Positions 10,882 to 19,903 of a stretch of 64,000 nt of DNA are shown one piece after another. Source of the stretch: Clostridia bacterium. GTDB lineage: Bacteria > Bacillota > Clostridia > Christensenellales > UBA1242. The stretch covers positions 370,527 through 434,526 of the forward strand of contig JAFVEA010000009.1 in NCBI GenBank assembly GCA_017478185.1. Reading direction: 5' to 3'. Position numbers and translations under genes: made by a program. Under the pieces are notes generated by a model. It saw nothing but the letters and a program-made list of their open reading frames with translations. It was not told where the DNA came from and searched no databases. How positions within the stretch are numbered: the first letter of the stretch is position 1; each line of letters opens with the position of its first letter.

Positions 10882-10974
10882 TTTTTTCTCCTTAAATTTT
10901 TTATATTTTTTGTATTTTATTATCTTTTGCTTTAAAAGTGTGGAAATCTCACTTGTTTGGCGCTTTTATTCTAT

Positions 10975-11006
10975 GCCATTGTGAGGGCTCTGCCCGTGGC
11001 AATCTC
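10975..11006 (+). repeat. solitary copy of the nested-hairpin repeat family
   Basis: GCCATTGTGAG-GGCTCTGCCC-GTGGCAATCTC matches the GTCATTGCGAG...GTGGCAATCTC variant seen at 41.5-42.2 kb and 45.8-46.1 kb. Confidence 0.7.
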
Positions 11007-11048
11007 GTGGTAATCTTAAAATCCATAAAAACAGAAAAACAGCCACAA

Positions 11049-11282
11049 TTAGTGACTGTTTTTGGTGAAAAAAGGAGCGAAAGACCCGCAAAAAAGGGCA
11101 AAAGCGCCGCAAAAAGCGAACAAAACAAAGCTGTCGCCTTGTGATGAACCGATTTTTGCACAAAATGCGTTTTGAGGGGCTGAAAAACCGTTGCTGAATT
11201 TTAAATTTTCAGAAACAATGTTTTTTGTTTTAAAAAAAGAAGAACCAGCTCTGTTTAAAACCAATTTTTTTTGTTTAGCCAC
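11049..11282 (-). CDS. possible small tail-anchored membrane protein (77 aa, GTG start)
   Basis: A minus-strand promoter-like TTGACT-17-TAAAAT (11316-11344) is followed by AAGGAG 9 nt before a GTG. The ORF ends inside a hairpin plus T-run (about 11037-11066). The C-terminal half (FVLFAFCGAFALFCGSFAPFF) is hydrophobic. No homology recognised. Confidence 0.35.
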   Translation of the reverse strand: MAKQKKLVLNRAGSSFFKTKNIVSENLKFSNGFSAPQNAFCAKIGSSQGDSFVLFAFCGAFALFCGSFAPFFTKNSH

Positions 11283-11315
11283 TCCAAAACACTCCTTATT
11301 TGGATTTCTAATAAA

Positions 11316-11344
11316 ATTTTAGCATAAATTTTAAAAAAAGTCAA
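11316..11344 (-). promoter_or_regulatory. sigma70-like promoter for the small ORF or transcript
   Basis: On the minus strand: TTGACT (11339-11344), a 17-nt spacer, then TAAAAT (11316-11321). Confidence 0.4.
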
Positions 11345-11417
11345 TATCAAATCTTTAAAATCTTTTTAAATAGTTGCGACGAAATTTGTCTAAATATGGC
11401 AAAATGGCAGAAATCAC

Positions 11418-11446
11418 TTGAAAAATTTGGGTTTTTGTTTTATAAT
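11418..11446 (+). promoter_or_regulatory. sigma70-like promoter of aspS
   Basis: TTGAAA (11418-11423), a 17-nt spacer, then TATAAT (11441-11446), about 35 nt upstream of the aspS ATG. Confidence 0.5.
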
Positions 11447-11480
11447 GATGTTTAGACTATATTATAGGGAGAACAAAAAA

Positions 11481-13229
11481 ATGACAAATAGTTATCGCAC
11501 AAACACATGTGGCGAAATAACAAAAGATTTTTTAAACAAAAAAATCAAAGTTGCTGGTTGGGTTCACAGCATTCGTGACCACGGCGGAATAACATTTATT
11601 GACCTAAGAGAACAAGACGGAATTGTTCAAATTGTTGTTAATGATGACAAAATGCTTAAAAGAGTTTCAAAAGAGGCGGTTATAAGCGTTGAAGGGCTTG
11701 TTAGGCTTAGGGGAGAAGACAACATCAACCTAAAGCTTAAAACAGGAGAGGTTGAAATTGTTGCTGAAAAACTTGAGGTTTTGGGGGCAGTTTTGGCACC
11801 TCTTCCTTTTGAGGTTGGCGACAGCAAAAATGTTAGAGAAGATGTTAGACTAAAATATAGATATCTAGACTTAAGAGACCCACAGCTTTTTTCTAACATA
11901 ATTTTTAGAACGCAAGTTATAGACTTTATGCGAAATGAAATGAAAAAGATGGGCTTTTTAGAGCTTCAAACTCCAATAATCACGGCAAGTAGCCCAGAAG
12001 GAGCAAGAGACTTTATTATTCCAGCAAGGCAACACCCTGGAAAGTTTTATGCACTTCCTCAATCACCTCAAGTTTTTAAACAACTTTTAATGTGTTCGGG
12101 CTTTGAAAAATATTTTCAGATAGCACCTTGTTTTAGAGATGAAGATGCCAGAGCAGACCGCACAGCAGGGGAGTTTTATCAACTTGATATGGAAATGGCT
12201 TTTTCAACCCAAGAAGATTGGTTTGAGGTTGGAGAAACACTTTATCAAAACATATTCAGCCACTTTTCTAGCCGTGAGTTTTCAAAACCACCATTTAGAA
12301 GAATTCCTTATTTTGAGAGTATGGAAAAATATGGAACAGATAAGCCAGATTTAAGAAACCCACTTTTGATTTGTGACTGCACACAAGTTTTTGAAAAAAC
12401 AAACTTTAACGCATTTAAAAACAGCACAGTTAAAGCAATTTGTGTTGATGATATGGCTGGCCAGCCAAGGTCTTTTTATGACAATCTAACCACATTTATG
12501 GTTAACAGTGGCAGCAAAGGCCTAGCGTGGATAAAAGTTGAAGAAGGGCTTAAGTTTAACAGCCCTATAGCAAAGTTTTTAAGTGAAGAAGAAATTAATG
12601 GACTTATAAAAACTCTTGATGCAAAGGTTGGTTCAAGCATATTCCTCTTAGCAGGCAAAAAGGCACTCACAACAAAACTTGCTGGAATTTTAAGAAAAGA
12701 ACTTGGAGAAAGATTAAACTTAATAGACAAAAACAGATATGAATTCTGCTGGATAACAGAATTTCCACTATATGAGTTAACTGATGAAGGCACACTTGAC
12801 TTTGCGCACAACCCATTTTCACAACCAAAAGGTGGAATGAAAGCATTAACAGAGCTTGACCCTCTTGAAATAAAAGCTGACCAATGGGATTTGGTTTGCA
12901 ATGGCTATGAACTAGCTAGTGGAGCAGTTAGAAATCACGACTGCGAAGTTATGGAAAAAATGTTTGAAATTGTTGGTTATGGCGCTGATGTTGTTAGAGC
13001 AAAGTTTGGAGCGCTTTATGATGCGTTTAAGTATGGAGCTCCTCCACACTCAGGAATGGCACCAGGAATAGACCGAACACTTATGCTTCTTTTAGACCAA
13101 AACGCCATTCGTGATGTTATTGCATTCCCTCTAAACAAATCTGCTTATGACCCACTTATGAACGCACCAAGCACAGTTACCAAAAAACAACTTGATGATG
13201 TTCACATAAAAATTGATATAAAAGAATAA
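11481..13229 (+). CDS. aspS: aspartate--tRNA ligase
   Basis: Class II motifs ALPQSPQ, CFRDEDARADR and GAPPHSGMAPGIDR, with bacterial-type length (582 aa). Start moved to the ATG at 11481 (MTNSYRTN), downstream of GGGAG. The track's 11418 start lies in the promoter. Confidence 0.95.
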   Translation: MTNSYRTNTCGEITKDFLNKKIKVAGWVHSIRDHGGITFIDLREQDGIVQIVVNDDKMLKRVSKEAVISVEGLVRLRGEDNINLKLKTGEVEIVAEKLEVLGAVLAPLPFEVGDSKNVREDVRLKYRYLDLRDPQLFSNIIFRTQVIDFMRNEMKKMGFLELQTPIITASSPEGARDFIIPARQHPGKFYALPQSPQVFKQLLMCSGFEKYFQIAPCFRDEDARADRTAGEFYQLDMEMAFSTQEDWFEVGETLYQNIFSHFSSREFSKPPFRRIPYFESMEKYGTDKPDLRNPLLICDCTQVFEKTNFNAFKNSTVKAICVDDMAGQPRSFYDNLTTFMVNSGSKGLAWIKVEEGLKFNSPIAKFLSEEEINGLIKTLDAKVGSSIFLLAGKKALTTKLAGILRKELGERLNLIDKNRYEFCWITEFPLYELTDEGTLDFAHNPFSQPKGGMKALTELDPLEIKADQWDLVCNGYELASGAVRNHDCEVMEKMFEIVGYGADVVRAKFGALYDAFKYGAPPHSGMAPGIDRTLMLLLDQNAIRDVIAFPLNKSAYDPLMNAPSTVTKKQLDDVHIKIDIKE

Positions 13230-13244
13230 TAAAGGAGAAAAGTT

Positions 13245-14828
13245 ATGATAACCGTCACTGATTTGGAGTTATCTTTTGGAGGAGACCCTCTTTTTAAAGA
13301 TGTTAACCTAAAGTTTACTCCGGGGAATTGTTATGGAGTTATAGGCGCAAATGGTGCGGGAAAATCTACTTTTTTAAGGCTCCTTTCAGGAGACCTTGAA
13401 GCCAGCAAGGGAAGCATTGAAATTCCAGAAAAAGAAAGGATGTCTGTTTTAAAGCAAGACCACTTTCAGTTTGACCAATTTTCAGTTTTAGACACTGTTA
13501 TTATGGGCAACAAAAAGCTTTATGACATCATGAAGCAAAAAGAAGCATTATATTTAAAGCCAGATTTTTCTGAAGAAGATGGAATTTTGGCAGCTGAACT
13601 TGAAACTGAATTTGCTGAAATGGGCGGTTGGGATGCTGAAAGTGATGCTGGAAAGCTTTTAAATGGTTTGGGCATACAAGACAAATATCACAACGAAATT
13701 ATGGGAACACTTAATGGTTCCATAAAAGTTAAAGTTTTGCTTGCTCAAGCGCTTTTTGGCAATCCTGATATTTTGCTTTTAGATGAGCCAACCAACCACA
13801 TGGATGAAAAATCAATTGCTTGGCTAGAAGATTTTTTGCTTGATTATCTGGGAACAGTTATAGTGGTGTCTCACGACAGACACTTTTTAAACACCGTTTG
13901 CACTCACACTGTTGATGTGGATTATGGAAAAATAACTATGTGGGTTGGAAACTATGACTTTTGGTATGAAAGTAGCCAATTAATGTTAAAGCTCACAAAA
14001 CAACAAAATATGCAAAAAGAAAAAAAGATAGAAGAATTAAAAGCTTTTATTAGGCGTTTTGGAGCAAACAAAAGTATGGCAAAACAAGCAACCAGCCGAA
14101 AAAAGATGCTTGAAAAAATTCAAATAGAAGAAATGCCAGCTTCAAACAGAAAATATCCATACATAAATTTTAAGTTTGAAAAAGAACTTGGAAAAGATAT
14201 TTTAGAGTTTGATAGAGTAAGTTTTTCGTTTGACGGTAAAAAACTTTTAGACAATGTTTCTTTTAGAGTTTCAAAAGATGATAAAATTGCTATTTTGGGT
14301 GACAATGAAAATGCAATAACTTCGCTTTTTCAGTTGATGACAGGAGAAATTTTGCCCGATGAAGGAAAAATAAATTGGGGAAAAAGTGTGAACCTTTCTT
14401 ATCTTCCAAAAGATCAAGCAAAATATTTTTCTAACGATATGAAGATTGTTGATTGGCTTTCACAATTTTCAAAAGAAAAAGACGGAACTTTTTTGCGAGG
14501 CTTTTTGGGGCGTATGCTCTTTAGTGGAGATGATGCAAACAAGTCTGTGAGAGTTTTGAGTGGTGGAGAAAAAGTTAGGTGTATGATGTCTAAAATGATG
14601 GTTGAGGGCGGAAATGTTTTGCTTTTTGACGAGCCAACAAACCATTTAGACCTAGAAAGCATAACAGCATTAAACAATGGAATGCAAGATTTTAAGGGGG
14701 TTATATTGTTTTCTTCTCACGACCACCAACTTTTGCAAACCATTGCAAACAGAATTTTTGAAATAAAAGATGGAAAGTTAATAGACCGAATGTGTGATTA
14801 TGAAACATTTTTAGAAAAATATAGATAG
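13245..14828 (+). CDS. ABC-F family ATPase (two ABC domains, no TM domain)
   Basis: Two Walker A/B plus signature sets (GANGAGKST...LLLDEPTNHMD; LSGGEKVRC...LLFDEPTNHLD) with an inter-domain K/E-rich linker. Confidence 0.9.
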   Translation: MITVTDLELSFGGDPLFKDVNLKFTPGNCYGVIGANGAGKSTFLRLLSGDLEASKGSIEIPEKERMSVLKQDHFQFDQFSVLDTVIMGNKKLYDIMKQKEALYLKPDFSEEDGILAAELETEFAEMGGWDAESDAGKLLNGLGIQDKYHNEIMGTLNGSIKVKVLLAQALFGNPDILLLDEPTNHMDEKSIAWLEDFLLDYLGTVIVVSHDRHFLNTVCTHTVDVDYGKITMWVGNYDFWYESSQLMLKLTKQQNMQKEKKIEELKAFIRRFGANKSMAKQATSRKKMLEKIQIEEMPASNRKYPYINFKFEKELGKDILEFDRVSFSFDGKKLLDNVSFRVSKDDKIAILGDNENAITSLFQLMTGEILPDEGKINWGKSVNLSYLPKDQAKYFSNDMKIVDWLSQFSKEKDGTFLRGFLGRMLFSGDDANKSVRVLSGGEKVRCMMSKMMVEGGNVLLFDEPTNHLDLESITALNNGMQDFKGVILFSSHDHQLLQTIANRIFEIKDGKLIDRMCDYETFLEKYR

Positions 14829-14874
14829 TAACACAAAAAATTAAGCAAAAATATAACTAATAAGAGGTAAAATT

Positions 14875-16314
14875 ATGAAAATTTATAACACTTTAACAAA
14901 CCAAAAAGAAGATTTTGTTCCAATAAACAAAAATGAAGTGAAGATGTATGTTTGTGGTGTTACTGTTTATTCTCCTATTCATTTAGGGCACATAAGGTCA
15001 TATATTGCTTATGATGTTATGGCTGAATATTTCACTCATTTTAAAAATTTAAAGACATTTTATGTTAGGAACATAACTGATGTTGGCTCTGTTGTGGGTG
15101 ATGCTGATGAGGGTGAAGACAAAATTGAACTTAAGGCAAAAGAAGAAAAAGTTCATCCACTTGAGCTTGTTGATATGAACATTCAAGGGATGTGGCAAGG
15201 ATTAGATGAAGTTAGATGTAGGCGCCCAAACATATCACCAAGGGCAACTGGGCATATTGTTGAAATCATAGAAGCTGTTCAAAAGATGATTGATTTTGGG
15301 TATGCTTATGAATTAGACGGAAATGTTTATTTGGATGTTTCAAAAATAAGTGATTATGGGGTTCTTAGTGGAAACACCATACAAAAACTTTCAGCTGGAG
15401 CCAGAATTGAGTGTGACACAAGAAAGCACACTCCTTATGATTTTGCAGTTTGGAAAAAAGCACAAAAAACCAGCGTTTTAAAGTGGAATAGCCCTTGGGG
15501 AGTTGGGTATCCTGGCTGGCATATTGAATGTTCTGTTATGAGCCAAAAATATTTAGGGAACAATTTTGATATCCACGGTGGTGGAAGAGATTTGCAATTT
15601 CCTCATCACGAAAATGAGATTGCTCAAAGTAAGGCCTTAGGGCTTGGAATGCCAGCAAAATATTGGGTTCACGCAGGTATGCTTAATGCTGAAGACGGAA
15701 CAAAAATGAGCAAATCCAAAGGAAATTATGTAACAGTTGAAGATGCTCTAAAAAAATATGGGGCAAAAAATCTTAGGTGGCTTTGCGCTTTTTCACACTA
15801 CAGAAGTCCAATAGCATTTTCAGAAAAAGCATTTTCTTTGATTGAAAATGAATATCAAAAAATAGAAAATTTCTTTTATAGCTTAAATAACAAAACAAAA
15901 ACAACACATAATGAACAAATAGAAAGTTATTTAAAAGTCTTAAAAACAAATTTCGAAAAAGAAATGGATGATGATTTTAACAGTCCAAATGCGTTAACTG
16001 AAATTTTTAACTTCATAAAACTTGCAAATATTGAGCTAAACAACAATGGATTTGATGAGAAAAATCAACAAGATATCACAAATTATTTTGAAAAAATTAA
16101 CAAAGTGTTTAAAGTTTTTGATTTTTTGGGGCAAAAACAGCCCAAAATCGTTGAAAACAATGAAGATAAGATAAAATCTTTGATTGATGAAAGAAATGCG
16201 TTTAGAGCACAAAAAAACTACCAAAAAGCAGATGAAATAAAAAGTATTTTAATAAATATGGGTGTTGAGCTAACAGATAACAAAGACGGAACAACTTCTT
16301 TTAGAGTTAAATAA
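14875..16314 (+). CDS. cysS: cysteine--tRNA ligase
   Basis: HLGH (HIGH) and KMSKS motifs and GWHIECS. 479 aa. Confidence 0.95.
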   Translation: MKIYNTLTNQKEDFVPINKNEVKMYVCGVTVYSPIHLGHIRSYIAYDVMAEYFTHFKNLKTFYVRNITDVGSVVGDADEGEDKIELKAKEEKVHPLELVDMNIQGMWQGLDEVRCRRPNISPRATGHIVEIIEAVQKMIDFGYAYELDGNVYLDVSKISDYGVLSGNTIQKLSAGARIECDTRKHTPYDFAVWKKAQKTSVLKWNSPWGVGYPGWHIECSVMSQKYLGNNFDIHGGGRDLQFPHHENEIAQSKALGLGMPAKYWVHAGMLNAEDGTKMSKSKGNYVTVEDALKKYGAKNLRWLCAFSHYRSPIAFSEKAFSLIENEYQKIENFFYSLNNKTKTTHNEQIESYLKVLKTNFEKEMDDDFNSPNALTEIFNFIKLANIELNNNGFDEKNQQDITNYFEKINKVFKVFDFLGQKQPKIVENNEDKIKSLIDERNAFRAQKNYQKADEIKSILINMGVELTDNKDGTTSFRVK

Positions 16315-16317
16315 AAA

Positions 16318-16354
16318 AGATAATTAAAATTGTTTGATTTAATTATCTTTTTTT
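16318..16354 (+). terminator. intrinsic terminator after cysS
   Basis: AGATAATTAAA/TTTAATTATCT stem followed by T6. Confidence 0.7.
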
Positions 16355-16391
16355 GTTAACATATTTAATATATAATTATTAGGGAGAAAAA

Positions 16392-17051
16392 ATGGAAAGA
16401 AGAATGATTGTGGCAGTTGTTGGGAATGCTGCTTGTTGGTATGAAAATTGTGACAAAGATGACAAACAAAAATGGAAACTTGCTTATGAGCTTGGAAAAA
16501 CTTTGGTGGATAATGGCTATCGCGTGTTAACAGGTGGTGGCAGAGGTGTTATGAGGGCTGCTTGTGCTGGGGCGCATGCCAGCAAAAATTATCGTGAAGG
16601 CGACACAATTGCAATTGCTCCTAGTTATGATGAAAATGAAGTTAACGATTTTGCTGATATTGTTATTCCAACTGGGCTTCAAGAATATCGTGATGGCATT
16701 GTTGCAAACTGTCCAGTTGTTGTTGCAGTTGGTGGAGGAAGTGGAACGCTAAATGAAATTAGCCTTGCATGGAAGCACTGCAGGCTTTTGATTGCATACA
16801 GCAATGCAAAAGGTTGGAGTTCAACTGTTGCTGGAGTTCCGCTTGATGAAAATCACAGATATGATTTTAAGGAAGATAAAGTTTGGGCCGTTCAAAACGC
16901 TGATGAAGTGATTGAAATAATAAAAAAATGGGGTAAAAAATATAATAGAGTTTTAGGGCGACTAGAGGTTGGCAAAGCAACTTTTGTTGAAAAGAAAAAA
17001 TCAAATTGGGTTGGCCCAAAAATAACAACAAAAATTCAAAAATTAGATTAA
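16392..17051 (+). CDS. LOG/SLOG (TIGR00725-like) Rossmann-fold protein
   Basis: LTGGGRGVMRAA and VAVGGGSGTLNEISLAW motifs typical of the LOG / lysine-decarboxylase-like family. GGGAG RBS. Confidence 0.7.
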   Translation: MERRMIVAVVGNAACWYENCDKDDKQKWKLAYELGKTLVDNGYRVLTGGGRGVMRAACAGAHASKNYREGDTIAIAPSYDENEVNDFADIVIPTGLQEYRDGIVANCPVVVAVGGGSGTLNEISLAWKHCRLLIAYSNAKGWSSTVAGVPLDENHRYDFKEDKVWAVQNADEVIEIIKKWGKKYNRVLGRLEVGKATFVEKKKSNWVGPKITTKIQKLD

Positions 17052-17071
17052 AATTTAATGCTAAAAAACAA

Positions 17072-17100
17072 AAAAGAGGGTTTAAAAAACTCTCTTTTTT
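17072..17100. terminator. bidirectional terminator
   Basis: AAAAGAGGGTTT/AAACTCTCTTTT hairpin between convergent genes. Confidence 0.6.
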
Positions 17101-17135
17101 GCATATTTTTGTTTTAAAAGTTTGTTATTAAAAAT

Positions 17136-17363
17136 TTATCGTCTGTCATCACCAGCAAAGTTTATTGCTCCTTTTATTATTGCAGAAACAATAAGCCAAA
17201 TTGTTGACAACAAAACCAAGATATAGATTATAATTGAGCCAATATTAAATCCGCCAAAAATCCATTCAACCAAATTAAATCTAAATATTCCAACAAGTCC
17301 CCAATTTAAGCCGGCAATGGATAAAATTATAAAAGCAATCCAGTTTAATATGTTGTAACTCAT
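17136..17363 (-). CDS. DUF378-family small membrane protein
   Basis: 75 aa with two TM segments and the GLNWGLVG signature typical of DUF378 (YuzA-like). Confidence 0.8.
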   Translation of the reverse strand: MSYNILNWIAFIILSIAGLNWGLVGIFRFNLVEWIFGGFNIGSIIIYILVLLSTIWLIVSAIIKGAINFAGDDRR

Positions 17364-17458
17364 AAAACACCTCCTTATGTTTATGATGCCTAAAAATTAA
17401 AAAAATATTTATAGGATTAAGCTTTTTTAAATTTTTTTAAAAATTTTGCTTGTTTGTT

Positions 17459-17486
17459 TTGAAATTATTTTTAATTATGTTATACT
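17459..17486 (+). promoter_or_regulatory. sigma70-like promoter (extended -10)
   Basis: TTGAAA, a 16-nt spacer ending in TGT, then TATACT, 30 nt upstream of the ATG at 17517. Confidence 0.45.
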
Positions 17487-17516
17487 TAAAAATAAGCTAT
17501 AAGAGGAATTTAAAAG

Positions 17517-18236
17517 ATGATATTTAAACAAAAGCAAACTGTTTTAGGATTTATGTGTTGGAAAGACACAAAGCTAACACCTATTGGAGTTTTTGAACTT
17601 GTTGAAGATGCAACAATAAACTTATTTTCAAAATATAATCTTGATGGCGTCACTTTAAGGCAAAATTATGATGCTATGTGGGTTATTGTTAAAAATAGAA
17701 TCAAGTTTTTTAAAGAACCAAAATGGGGTGAAGAAATCACTATAAAAAGTTTTGTAACTGAAAAATCATTGGTTAAGATTTGCGTGGATGTTTGCATAGA
17801 AAACAATAAAAAAGAAGTTTTATATTATTCAAAAGTTGAATTTTGTGTGTTAGACATAAAAAGTGCAAAAATAAAAAAATTAAGTAGTGTTGGAGCAGAT
17901 GTCTTAAAAGTTGAAAAACCTAAATATTTAATGAATTTTGAAAGATTTGATGAGAAAAAATCAGAATTATTTGAAAAAATCAAAGTTAAATCAACAAATT
18001 TAGATTTTTCAAATCACACAAACAATGTTGAATATGTTAGATTTTTGATAAATAGTTATAGCTTGGAAGAAATTTTTGATAGAAAAATTAATGAAATTGA
18101 GATAAATTATATTTCACAATCATTTGAAAAAGATGAACTTTTGCTATATAAAACAAAAGAAGAAAACAAAGATTATATTTTTATAAAAAAAGGTGAACAA
18201 TTGGTTGTGAAAAGTGAAATTACTTTTGAAAAATAA
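17517..18236 (+). CDS. acyl-ACP thioesterase family protein
   Basis: Length of about 240 aa, double hot-dog layout, and the D-x-N-x-H-x-NN-x-x-Y motif (LDFSNHTNNVEY). Confidence 0.7.
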   Translation: MIFKQKQTVLGFMCWKDTKLTPIGVFELVEDATINLFSKYNLDGVTLRQNYDAMWVIVKNRIKFFKEPKWGEEITIKSFVTEKSLVKICVDVCIENNKKEVLYYSKVEFCVLDIKSAKIKKLSSVGADVLKVEKPKYLMNFERFDEKKSELFEKIKVKSTNLDFSNHTNNVEYVRFLINSYSLEEIFDRKINEIEINYISQSFEKDELLLYKTKEENKDYIFIKKGEQLVVKSEITFEK

Positions 18237-18250
18237 AAGGAAAAACAAGT

Positions 18251-19009
18251 ATGTTTAATTTAAAAAATAGAGTTGCAGTGATAACAGGAGCATCATCAGG
18301 GCTTGGAAAGCAAATGGCTTTTGCCTTTGCTGAATGTGGAGCAAGCGTTGTTTTAATGGCAAGAAGAATTGAAAAACTGGAAGAAGTGAAAAAAGAACTA
18401 GAGAAAAAAGGTGCAAAATGCTTGGCGCTAAAATGCGATGTAACAAAAACTGATGAAATAAATTTTTGCGTTAAAGAAGCTATAAAAACTTTTAAAAAAG
18501 TTGATATTTTGGTTAATTGTGCGGGAGCATCAAAAGATAATGGCATTTTAGAGATGAGTGATGAAGAATGGGATTTCACCATTCAAACAGATTTAACAAG
18601 TGTGTTTAAAGTTACAAGAGCATTTGCCTCTGTTATGAAAAAACATAAGTATGGCAGAATTATAAATATTTCTTCTATGTATGGGCTTGTTGGAAACACC
18701 GCAATTCCAACAGTTGCTTATCACGCATCAAAAGGTGGAGTTATAAATTTAACAAGAGCAGTTGCAGCAGAGCTAGCGCAATACAACATAACTTGCAACG
18801 CAATTTGCCCAGGATATTTTGAAACAGAGTTAACTGAAAAAGTTTTAAAAACAAAGTTTTTTAAAGATTTTGCAAAAACTCATGTTCCACTAAAAAGATA
18901 TGGAAAGCCGGGTGAGCTTAATGCAGGAGTTATATTTTTGGCCAGTGATGAAGCAAGTTATGTGACTGGAACAATTTTAACAATTGATGGTGGATACACA
19001 GCTATATAG
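18251..19009 (+). CDS. SDR-family oxidoreductase (FabG-like)
   Basis: TGASSGLG cofactor motif, NCAG, and the catalytic S...YHASK. Confidence 0.85.
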   Translation: MFNLKNRVAVITGASSGLGKQMAFAFAECGASVVLMARRIEKLEEVKKELEKKGAKCLALKCDVTKTDEINFCVKEAIKTFKKVDILVNCAGASKDNGILEMSDEEWDFTIQTDLTSVFKVTRAFASVMKKHKYGRIINISSMYGLVGNTAIPTVAYHASKGGVINLTRAVAAELAQYNITCNAICPGYFETELTEKVLKTKFFKDFAKTHVPLKRYGKPGELNAGVIFLASDEASYVTGTILTIDGGYTAI

Positions 19010-19014
19010 AAAGC

Positions 19015-19047
19015 AAAAAACTTAGGAATTTTTCCTAAGTTTTTTTT
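19015..19047. terminator. bidirectional terminator
   Basis: A6-CTTAGGA/TCCTAAG-T8 between convergent genes. Confidence 0.65.
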
Positions 19048-19705
19048 AAAGGCAAGGTTCTTTTTTTGCGCTTTCAGCTCCACCAGATAATTTATCGCTT
19101 GGTGTAACATTTTCTGTTTTGCACAAAGAAGCACCTTTTTCAATCACTTGAATTTTTTGAATTTGTTCTTTTTTATCTTCAAGCGAAATTATCTTAACTT
19201 TTGGTGGTTCAATAATTTTAGAGCTCACTCTTTCTATTATTTCTTGTTTTCTGTTAGTTATTCTACCAGTTTTTTCATCAACTATTTTTTTATCCAAATT
19301 TTTTAAAATTGCATAATGCCCCCAATCATCAATATCAACAATATCATAATTGTTTCTTAAATAAAATTTTTCGACTTTTTCATACCAGTCTTTGTTTGGA
19401 GCAAATTTTCCTTCAATTCTGTCAATAGAAAGCTGTGTTAATGCAAAATATTCAGTGACGTCAATTAAAGCTTTGCCATAAGCTTTTCCTCGATTTTCTT
19501 TATCGTTTACTTCAATCTTATAAATCCAAACAACATCGCGTTTGTTCCCCCAAACATCTTTATTATATTTAACAAAATTACAATATCCAATTTCTTCGTT
19601 TTTGTCATTAACAAGTTGTAAGTTATAAAAAAGTTTGCCTGCATTGAGTTCCTCGGCAGTGATATTTAAACGCAATAGTTCATTTTTTTCACTTAGCATT
19701 AACAT
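19046..19705 (-). CDS. GNAT-like acetyltransferase domain protein with a C-terminal extension
   Basis: Motif-A-like NRGKAYGKALI within an N-terminal domain of about 140 aa. The C-terminal ~70 aa are unassigned. Confidence 0.5.
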   Translation of the reverse strand: MLMLSEKNELLRLNITAEELNAGKLFYNLQLVNDKNEEIGYCNFVKYNKDVWGNKRDVVWIYKIEVNDKENRGKAYGKALIDVTEYFALTQLSIDRIEGKFAPNKDWYEKVEKFYLRNNYDIVDIDDWGHYAILKNLDKKIVDEKTGRITNRKQEIIERVSSKIIEPPKVKIISLEDKKEQIQKIQVIEKGASLCKTENVTPSDKLSGGAESAKKEPCL

Positions 19706-19869
19706 TTTTTGTGTTTCCTTTTATTTTAAAAAATATATATTCTATTAAATTTATGCAAATCATAATCAAAACAGAATTACACTTATATTTTAGCTATTTT
19801 TTTTAAGTTGTCAATAGGCTTTTTTAAATTGGCTTATAAAAAAATTTGGCATTTTCATAAATGTTTTTT

Positions 19870-19900
19870 ATAAGAAAACCACCAGATAATCTGGTGGTTT
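19870..19900 (-). terminator. intrinsic terminator after the MFS gene
   Basis: 10-bp stem AAACCACCAG/CTGGTGGTTT, followed by a T-rich run on the minus strand. Confidence 0.7.
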
Positions 19901-19903
19901 AAT

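Noticed and set aside
10938-11163. Three overlapping 65-70-aa track ORFs on both strands (10938-11144 +, 10949-11161 -, 10966-11163 -).
   Set aside because: They overlap one another in a locally GC-richer patch that contains a hairpin repeat (hence ...CHCEGSARGNLV...). They have no RBS. Only the 11049-11282 minus-strand ORF has a promoter, an SD and a terminator.
11283-11480. T-box or other riboswitch leader upstream of aspS. The short cysS upstream region was also considered.
   Set aside because: No T-box consensus (..GGGTGGTACCGCG..) or specifier/antiterminator architecture is visible. The aspS promoter is only ~35 nt from the start, and the cysS spacer is 46 nt.
11418-11480. N-terminal extensions proposed by the ORF track (11418 aspS, 21808 MFS, 32578 giant protein, 34741 T4CP, 38394 VirB6-like, 49997 fba, 58569 murD).
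   Set aside because: In each case an internal ATG with a well-spaced AGGAG-type RBS matches the expected protein N-terminus. The extensions start at non-ATG codons, lack an RBS, or overlap promoters or upstream genes.
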